24,216 bases of DNA from a virus (Duplodnaviria; Caudoviricetes): positions 1 through 24,216 of the IMG/VR virus record IMGVR_UViG_3300031627_000012; one strand, written 5' to 3'. The position numbers and the translations under genes were made by a program. Position 1 is the first letter of the stretch. Each line of letters starts with the position of its first letter. Of this stretch, positions 1 to 5,047 are shown piece by piece. The notes below the pieces were generated by a model. The model saw only the letters and a program-made list of their open reading frames with translations. It was not told the origin of the DNA and did not search any database.

Positions 1-170
1 CCGAACCGCGAGATGTCATCGTCAGGGTCGGGCGATGAACAGTCAGCGCCGGTAATGCATCGTGGATTAATCACGTCCTTGTGGATGGCGATTCGACCGG
101 GCATTGGGGTGCTTTCATCGGTGAAGATGATCCAGTCATGAATGAATGAGTGTAGAATATTGTTTGACAT
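1..170 (-). CDS. Hypothetical early protein, partial (runs off the left edge); MSNNILHSFIHDWIIFTDESTPMPGRIAIHKDVINPRC...
   Basis: Not in the ORF track. ATG at 170 lies 1 nt after the stop of the 172-390 gene and has GGAG upstream (minus strand TTGGAGCAATAACATG). The frame is open to position 1. Confidence 0.7.
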   Translation of the reverse strand, partial: MSNNILHSFIHDWIIFTDESTPMPGRIAIHKDVINPRCITGADCSSPDPDDDISRF

Positions 171-171
171 G

Positions 172-390
172 TTATTGCTCCAAGTTTGTGATAGCCGCGC
201 GTAGTGATGTGTAAGTGTAGGGGGCGCCGTCGGGCGTGTCGCCTCCGAGTGTGTCTGCTAACTTCCGTGCCGCAAGGTCCAGTGTGCGTGTAGTCTTAAC
301 ACACCACCTCATGTGGCCGTATAGTCCTTCATCGTTAAACAACCACAGCGATACATTCCAGTGGTTCCAGTTTTTGTGTCCGTTGTACAT
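172..390 (-). CDS. Small conserved-type phage protein of unknown function (YNGxxNxxxWNVSLWLxNDEGLY...TPDG family)
   Basis: 72 aa with RBS GGGAG upstream (CAGGGAGAAATAAAAATG). The motif pattern resembles, from memory, a widespread family of small phage early proteins. Confidence 0.85.
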   Translation of the reverse strand: MYNGHKNWNHWNVSLWLFNDEGLYGHMRWCVKTTRTLDLAARKLADTLGGDTPDGAPYTYTSLRAAITNLEQ

Positions 391-392
391 TT

Positions 393-593
393 TTATTTCT
401 CCCTGTTTATTAGAACGAATACCGAGAATGTAACACCGAGTGCCCGAATCTTTCGGACTACGATGCTACACTTCTCGCCACGTTCAACCATTTCCGATTG
501 CGCGACAAGTAACTCGCCATAGTCAAGTGAGACAAGAGCGAACCCATCGGGCCCGGTATCCTCGGCGTAACTATTTAACATTGAAACATTCAT
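393..593 (-). CDS. Hypothetical early protein, first gene of the leftward operon
   Basis: 66 aa with G-rich RBS (AAAAGGGGGAACGAAAGATG). Its stop is 2 nt from the next start. Confidence 0.75.
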   Translation of the reverse strand: MNVSMLNSYAEDTGPDGFALVSLDYGELLVAQSEMVERGEKCSIVVRKIRALGVTFSVFVLINREK

Positions 594-616
594 CTTTCGT
601 TCCCCCTTTTGTTACT

Positions 617-680
617 ACTCTAATAACTCGTACACAGTGTAAAGCAACGTTCTTTTGTACGATTTTTAACTTTTATTTGA
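617..680 (-). promoter_or_regulatory. Putative leftward sigma70-type early promoter with AT-rich UP-like tract
   Basis: Minus strand TTGCTT (647-642), 16 nt spacer, TATTAG (625-620); TAGAGT at 622-617 is an alternative -10. An A-rich tract at 652-680 lies upstream. Matches are imperfect. Confidence 0.3.
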
Positions 681-853
681 GATGTCAACAAAATGTCAAG
701 GCGCTTGCAAAGTGTGACAAAACGGAGCAGACTCCTGGCTATTTCTTCACTCCCGCGAGATGTCAACAAAATGTCAAGGCGTTTGCAAAGTGTGACAAAA
801 CGAGGCAGACGCGCTGCCCGTGTGAGATGTCAACAAAATGTCAAGGCGTTTGC
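679..853. repeat. Three direct repeats of the 30-bp core GAGATGTCAACAAAATGTCAAGGCG(C/T)TTGC
   Basis: Copies start at 679, 757 and 824. Copies 1 and 2 extend further with AAAGTGTGACAAAACGnnGCAGAC (to 732 and 810). Each copy contains ATGTCAA twice at 11-bp spacing. Confidence 0.95.
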
Positions 854-882
854 TTTCGGCTCTCATCGTGTTAGCCACTGCG

Positions 883-930
883 ACTTGCCCTCATCATGTT
901 TTATATATGAATATCCTCACTTGCCCTCAT
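883..930. repeat. 12-bp direct repeat ACTTGCCCTCAT flanking an AT-rich patch
   Basis: Exact copies at 883-894 and 919-930, with TGTTTTATATATGAATAT between them. A variant, ACTTGCCTCAC, is at 1046-1056. Confidence 0.8.
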
Positions 931-956
931 ACACGTAACAGTGAGTTTCAAACTTA

Positions 957-1016
957 AGTAAAACACTGTGAGTAAAACACTGCGAGCAAGCCACTGCGCG
1001 TAAAACAAACACTACG
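957..1016. repeat. Degenerate 14-bp tandem repeat (AGTAAAACACTG(T/C)G)
   Basis: AGTAAAACACTGTG at 957-970, AGTAAAACACTGCG at 971-984, AGCAAGCCACTGCG at 985-998, then CGTAAAACAAACACTACG at 999-1016. AGCCACTGCG also occurs at 873-882. Confidence 0.85.
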
Positions 1017-1066
1017 CCATGGGCAGATAGCGGTCTGTAGAAAAAACTTGCCTCACGTGCGCGTGT

Positions 1067-1552
1067 GTGCGATACAAGTGTATGCCTGTTGAACCGTCCA
1101 TTGAATCTAACCGTGTATATAGGTGCACACAGTTGTTGAAGGCGAGTCGCTCCCATCGTGGGGCACTTTCTTCTCTCCGCAACCTGCCCTTATGTAGTGT
1201 GGAAGGATTTATTGAGGCTGCTCGTACGCAGGCATTACAAGATGTGGAGTTTTTACGAACACTTGGTTTCCACCTACAGGATTCCGCCACGTCTCCCGCA
1301 GTTCAACAGTGCGGGTCTGTTGACTCCAGCCGACCTATAGCTGATTCTCCTCCCTTGGCTGGCGCTAAGGGTAAGAAGGGTCGGCGGTCGGGGGGTACGC
1401 CCCTGAAAGCGAAGAAGGGGGCTACTGTAGGCGGCCCCACTCGACCAGTAAGTCCGTTGGATTCGCCATTTGACGGGCTTACTGGGCTTCTTTCTAATGA
1501 TAGGTCTAATAAACCTACAGAATCTACAGAATCTACCGCCAAACCCACTTAG
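1067..1552 (+). CDS. Possible ORF of unknown function (basic, low-complexity C-terminal half); may be non-coding
   Basis: 161-codon open frame whose TAG abuts the AGGAG site of the next gene. There is no clear RBS at GTG 1067 or ATG 1082, and the frame runs through strongly structured sequence. Confidence 0.35.
   Translation: MRYKCMPVEPSIESNRVYRCTQLLKASRSHRGALSSLRNLPLCSVEGFIEAARTQALQDVEFLRTLGFHLQDSATSPAVQQCGSVDSSRPIADSPPLAGAKGKKGRRSGGTPLKAKKGATVGGPTRPVSPLDSPFDGLTGLLSNDRSNKPTESTESTAKPT
1193..1494 (+). ncRNA. Candidate structured RNA / structured leader of the late operon (unassigned family)
   Basis: Consecutive stems read by eye: 1193-1205/1267-1278, 1295-1300/1310-1315, 1329-1336/1378-1385 enclosing 1352-1359/1364-1371, 1391-1395/1400-1404 with a UACG loop, 1418-1423/1433-1438 and 1445-1462/1468-1485. 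Wobbles are G-U on the + strand. Confidence 0.4.
1445..1494 (+). terminator. 18-bp hairpin with pyrimidine-rich tail; possible intrinsic terminator, attenuator or processing site
   Basis: CCAGTAAGTCCGTTGGAT-TCGCC-ATTTGACGGGCTTACTGG (4 G-U pairs), followed by GCTTCTTTC. Confidence 0.45.
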
Positions 1553-1561
1553 GAGACCCCT

Positions 1562-1927
1562 ATGTCATCGCCTCATGCAACTGTTCGCCGATTAACTCAG
1601 CGATTCTCCGGCCAGGCCACGAGTGTTGGTGCTGCAACCATCATTACGCTGTCTGGTGTCCCTGCTAAGGGGTATATTGCGCGCTTTCACGTCACTTCTG
1701 GGTCGAATACGGTCCCTGTATTGAGTGAGAACGCTACGGCATCGGTGAATATCAGCCAGATTCTCGCTATTTCGGCGGCAGGGCAGCATCACGACGAGGT
1801 TCCTGCTGAGGGCGTCTACTATGAGGCGGCTGTTGTGGGTGGTGTGAACCGGATCTACCTGAAACCGGCAACTGCTGCGGGTACGACGACTGTAGACTAC
1901 GCGATTGACATCTGGATAGGTGGCTGA
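1562..1927 (+). CDS. Putative small virion structural protein (beta-rich decoration/spike-base type)
   Basis: 121 aa with strong RBS TTAGGAGA at 1549-1556. Ala/Thr/Val/Gly-rich alternating pattern like the small proteins at 11393-13333. Confidence 0.7.
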   Translation: MSSPHATVRRLTQRFSGQATSVGAATIITLSGVPAKGYIARFHVTSGSNTVPVLSENATASVNISQILAISAAGQHHDEVPAEGVYYEAAVVGGVNRIYLKPATAAGTTTVDYAIDIWIGG

Positions 1928-1929
1928 GC

Positions 1930-2874
1930 ATGGCACTTTCCAAACCAGGCATGGGCGAGGGCGTAACCACAAACTTTACGGGCATGGGCTCTGGTGGTGG
2001 TGGTGGTGGTGGTGCAGCCAACAGAGACTGGACCCGCGCCAATATCGCTGACGGTACGTGGACACTGAACGACCCAGACAGCACGTTGAGCAGCATCAGC
2101 AACACCGGCGGGGTTAATCAGGTTGTGATCGGGACTCACCACAACCCATCAACGATCGACGGTGGCGTTCACTACAAGGAGTTGCTGAACGAGGACGGAA
2201 CGTCGATTGACTTCGGGGATCGACCGGTAAACGTCCAGATATATATCCACTGGCCAAATACCAGTTGGACGGCTCAGGGCAACACTGGTGGTAATGACCG
2301 GCCGAGTCATGGTTCCCGCGTCTACACCGTTGCTGGTGTAATGACCGACCCGGAGAATCTTCCAAGCTCGGCGGGCGAGACTGAATGGCCGCGCGACCTG
2401 GTGGGCTATGGCCTCGAATGGAAAACCAATGCTGAAAAAACATTCAGGAGGGGTATCTGGAACAAGGGCACAGGCACCCGTGGAACCCTCACCCACACAT
2501 CAGTGAACCTGAACGCGGCGACCGCAGACGATTACGCCGCCGGTCGAAAGTGTGTAAACCGGATGCTATGGTTTGGACGCATAGCAAAGCAAGAAACTGC
2601 CAGCGGGACTGGGATCAATGTAGTTGGCTCTCCGATTATGAATGAGTTTAGCTTTTCTCACCACTGGGACGATGGCTGGAAAATTGCAGGAGATATTGAG
2701 CAGGCGATACCCCAGTATTTCGGTCGGATAAGGACAAACAAGTTGTATGTATGGGTAGCAAGTGGACGAGGCACGAGCGGGGCCGGGTCCAGTGCTACGG
2801 TTGATTTCAACCTTTACTATCGAATCACCGCCCTTGACGGCGGCAACCACCCATCGGGAAGGACGGCACTGTGA
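1930..2874 (+). CDS. Putative virion appendage / receptor-binding-type protein with N-terminal poly-Gly linker
   Basis: 314 aa. (GGT)7 at 1993-2013 encodes a Gly7 hinge, followed by a Trp/Gly/Asn/Thr-rich, probably beta-sandwich domain. Starts 2 nt after the previous stop. Confidence 0.6.
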   Translation: MALSKPGMGEGVTTNFTGMGSGGGGGGGAANRDWTRANIADGTWTLNDPDSTLSSISNTGGVNQVVIGTHHNPSTIDGGVHYKELLNEDGTSIDFGDRPVNVQIYIHWPNTSWTAQGNTGGNDRPSHGSRVYTVAGVMTDPENLPSSAGETEWPRDLVGYGLEWKTNAEKTFRRGIWNKGTGTRGTLTHTSVNLNAATADDYAAGRKCVNRMLWFGRIAKQETASGTGINVVGSPIMNEFSFSHHWDDGWKIAGDIEQAIPQYFGRIRTNKLYVWVASGRGTSGAGSSATVDFNLYYRITALDGGNHPSGRTAL

Positions 2875-3056
2875 CATTTCAAGACGACCCAGAGACCACA
2901 GTCAGCGGCCACATCAACACTGTGAACGACGCCTTCGACACCATCAGTGTACGATTCCAGATGCGGCGTTCCGAGTTTGACCTAATCCAAGACGGCCTCA
3001 AGGCTGACCTGATTTCATTCATGGAATGGATGGCTGCGGCTGCGGACAATGGGTAG
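2871..3056 (+). CDS. Hypothetical protein, 61 aa, acidic
   Basis: GTGA overlap with the upstream stop, GGAAGG upstream, and it fills the gap exactly. Confidence 0.75.
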   Translation: MTFQDDPETTVSGHINTVNDAFDTISVRFQMRRSEFDLIQDGLKADLISFMEWMAAAADNG

Positions 3057-3656
3057 GACATGAGACCCTACCTATTAGACAAGGTAGCTGACCTTGGGCA
3101 CGCCGTGTTCGAGAGTGGCAAGTACAACCTGAACATCATTGGTATCCGCTCGAGCAGCCCCAAGTCCAACAAGTTCGACGACCGCATGTGTGTGGTGTAC
3201 AAAGACGACAGCGGATGGGTGACCCGGACCTGGGAGTGTACAACAGACCCCGGCCAGTACTGGCTTGAGAACCCTATAAATGTTGAGGGTACGGCGATCT
3301 TAGTCCCTGGTCAGTATCGGGGGGTGTACAAGATCGCCAAGCATCAAGGCAGGTACGACGCCCTTTGCCAACGCAACGGGCGTGTGAAGGTTTACCGGGA
3401 CAACAACCGGGACGACATTTTAGACAGGGACGACGAGTCAGTGATGAATGGGGTCTTCGGCATCAACATCCACAAGGCGGGCTCGGGCTCAACGCAGGTA
3501 GACCGATGGTCTGCTGGGTGCCAAGTGTTCAGTCACAGTGCAGACTTCGATGAGTTTATGAGCATCTGCTATGCAGCCAAGTCCAAGTGGGGCGATAGCT
3601 TTACTTACACGCTCATTGACGAACCTGTTGGACTTGGGGCTGCGGCTGCGGACAAT
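3032..3656. repeat. Exact 19-bp direct repeat GGCTGCGGCTGCGGACAAT
   Basis: Copies at 3032-3050 and 3638-3656, each followed immediately by a purine-rich RBS and CATG. Confidence 0.95.
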
Positions 3657-3680
3657 AGGAGGGGCCATGGCTCTATTTGA
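3060..3680 (+). CDS. Putative peptidoglycan-acting enzyme / endolysin candidate with YkuD (L,D-transpeptidase)-like His-Cys motif
   Basis: 206 aa with GINIH-x12-SAGCQV (His codon 3471, Cys codon 3519, 16 residues apart) and a DNNRDDILD Ca-loop-like motif. Sits next to small membrane-protein genes upstream of terminase. Confidence 0.65.
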   Translation: MRPYLLDKVADLGHAVFESGKYNLNIIGIRSSSPKSNKFDDRMCVVYKDDSGWVTRTWECTTDPGQYWLENPINVEGTAILVPGQYRGVYKIAKHQGRYDALCQRNGRVKVYRDNNRDDILDRDDESVMNGVFGINIHKAGSGSTQVDRWSAGCQVFSHSADFDEFMSICYAAKSKWGDSFTYTLIDEPVGLGAAAADNRRGHGSI

Positions 3681-4164
3681 TAGTAATAGATTTTCGTCAG
3701 CAAAGCAGGAGTGGGCTACTCCACCAGAAATGTTTGAAGCCCTAAGTAATCATTATCAATTTGATTTTGATTTAGCTGCCGACGAAACCAACCACAAATG
3801 CGACAAATACTTTTCAGCAGAAGATGACGCCCTGACCCAAGACTGGAAGGGTAGGTGCTGGCTCAATCCACCATACGGAAGTAAAGGTGCGAACCGCTTG
3901 GCTAAGTGGGTCGAGAAAGCCTATAGCGAAAGCCGTGATGGTAGTTGTTCTGTGACGATGCTTATCCCAGCCCGAACGAACACGGCGTGGTGGGGTCACT
4001 TCTGTATGAACGCAGCCGAGATTTTGTTTGTGATTGGACGCCCGAAGTTTGGCGGTGCTATTCACGGACTTCCTCAGCCCCTATCCATCGTTACTTTTGC
4101 GGCAACAGAAGAAAAAACAAGATATGGTGGTTACGATGTCAAGACTATGACTATAGAGGGATAG
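3667..4164 (+). CDS. dam: Phage DNA N6-adenine methyltransferase (Dam-like, T1/HP1 phage type)
   Basis: True start is ATG 3667 with AGGAGG at 3657-3662. Motifs WATP, FDFDLAA, DAL..DW, NPPY, LIPARTNTAWW and GRPKF are present. Confidence 0.93.
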   Translation: MALFDSNRFSSAKQEWATPPEMFEALSNHYQFDFDLAADETNHKCDKYFSAEDDALTQDWKGRCWLNPPYGSKGANRLAKWVEKAYSESRDGSCSVTMLIPARTNTAWWGHFCMNAAEILFVIGRPKFGGAIHGLPQPLSIVTFAATEEKTRYGGYDVKTMTIEG

Positions 4165-4172
4165 GGATAGTG

Positions 4173-4268
4173 ATGAGATTTTTCTTAGTCATATTACAAC
4201 TCGCAACTGCTATTATAAATAAACTACCGGGCATGCGTAAAAAGTGCCTGCCAGAAGGGGAAGAATAA
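4173..4268 (+). CDS. Small peptide with hydrophobic N-terminus (MRFFLVILQLATAIINKLPGMRKKCLPEGEE)
   Basis: 31 aa. Fills the gap between dam and the next gene, has AGGGA upstream, and its stop is 1 nt before the next ATG. Confidence 0.55.
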   Translation: MRFFLVILQLATAIINKLPGMRKKCLPEGEE

Positions 4269-4269
4269 A

Positions 4270-4443
4270 ATGGGACTCAACAAGACTGAGGTTGCTAATC
4301 TATCCGCCGAGCTATTCGAGTTTGCCGAGGACTTGATTGCTTCAAAGAAGCGCAAGAAGCCGATGGACAAGAAAGAGCTTCGTGCCTACACTAAGCGCGC
4401 CATGGGCATTGTTATGCGTCTGGCCATCGATGTGATTGACTAA
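4270..4443 (+). CDS. Hypothetical protein, 57 aa (MGLNKTEVANLSAELFEFAEDLIASKKRKKPMDKKELRAYTKRAMGIVMRLAIDVID)
   Basis: Below the ORF-track cutoff. AGGGGAAG upstream; its TAA abuts the ATG at 4444. Confidence 0.8.
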   Translation: MGLNKTEVANLSAELFEFAEDLIASKKRKKPMDKKELRAYTKRAMGIVMRLAIDVID

Positions 4444-4710
4444 ATGACAACCGCATCAGCCATCGAGTCCGTAAAGGGCAGCACCATATCCATCCCGACA
4501 AGCCTGCTCTTTGCAGTCCTTGCCGGTGGTGTGGGCACTGTGTCTGGGACTATCGGTGGTGGCATGTCTGCTGCTGAGGTCTCAGAGGCCATTGACAGTA
4601 AAGTCGCAGCCAGAGAAGAAGTGATTGGTCTCAAACTTGAGTCGATTGCAGACGCCTTAAAGCGAGTAGAGGGGAAGATTGACGACTACCACCATACAAC
4701 TCCTCGATAG
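4444..4710 (+). CDS. Putative holin-like single-TM protein with C-terminal coiled coil
   Basis: 88 aa with hydrophobic ISIPTSLLFAVLAGGVGTVSG followed by heptad-like LKLESIADALKRVEGKID. Lies in the lysis neighbourhood. Confidence 0.55.
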   Translation: MTTASAIESVKGSTISIPTSLLFAVLAGGVGTVSGTIGGGMSAAEVSEAIDSKVAAREEVIGLKLESIADALKRVEGKIDDYHHTTPR

Positions 4711-5047
4711 ACTCCGAAGCGTCGGTGTTGATGATTCTATGATAACGGCAAGCATCGCTGACGTTATTAGGGGTGAGACCGTAAAGATAGTCGAGACCCT
4801 GGACAAGGGTGGGGATCTTCACGTATCAAAGGTAGAGCGAACAAGGAAGCCGGAAGACTTGATGAGGGGCTTGGTAGCCTATGACATCCTTAGCGGTGGT
4901 GAGCTTGGATTAGCGGGGGAACACCTGCTACCACAGAAGACGAGGGACCCGAACGACCTACTTAAGCGACCACGACGGTTGCCAGAAGTGATTGACGCAC
5001 GCATTATTTCAGACAGCAGGCCATTACCAACAAATGAAGACTCTTAA
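4679..5047 (+). CDS. Hypothetical protein, possible terminase small subunit by position
   Basis: 122 aa, TTG start with GAGGGGAAG upstream, overlapping the start of the terminase ORF. No diagnostic motif. Confidence 0.5.
   Translation: MTTTTIQLLDRLRSVGVDDSMITASIADVIRGETVKIVETLDKGGDLHVSKVERTRKPEDLMRGLVAYDILSGGELGLAGEHLLPQKTRDPNDLLKRPRRLPEVIDARIISDSRPLPTNEDS

Noticed and set aside
6-18. 13-bp match CCGCGAGATGTCA to 753-765
   Set aside because: A single short match inside a coding region with only one half-site; chance cannot be excluded.
682-844. Six strong leftward sigma70 promoters from the minus-strand TTGACA hexamers
   Set aside because: No convincing -10 hexamer at 16-18 nt spacing; the best is TAAAAG at 18 nt in the leftmost copy.
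679-853. Mini CRISPR array (30-bp repeats with 48- and 37-bp gaps)
   Set aside because: The two would-be spacers share their first ~24 bp and have unequal lengths. The repeat is internally direct rather than palindromic, lacks a GAAAC-type end, and no cas genes are present.
1270-1330. tRNA-like element (GTTCAAC loop, nearby CCA)
   Set aside because: No cloverleaf can be built; the CCA precedes rather than follows the T-loop-like sequence.
440-1340. ORFs 440-874, 693-938, 917-1156, 1012-1290 and 1158-1340
   Set aside because: They translate the DNA repeats or oppose better-supported genes, lack RBSs and have unnatural Cys/Arg-rich composition.
3571-3666. Longer 197-aa start for the methyltransferase
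   Set aside because: It would overlap the upstream gene by over 100 nt; ATG 3667 has AGGAGG and gives the normal family N-terminus.
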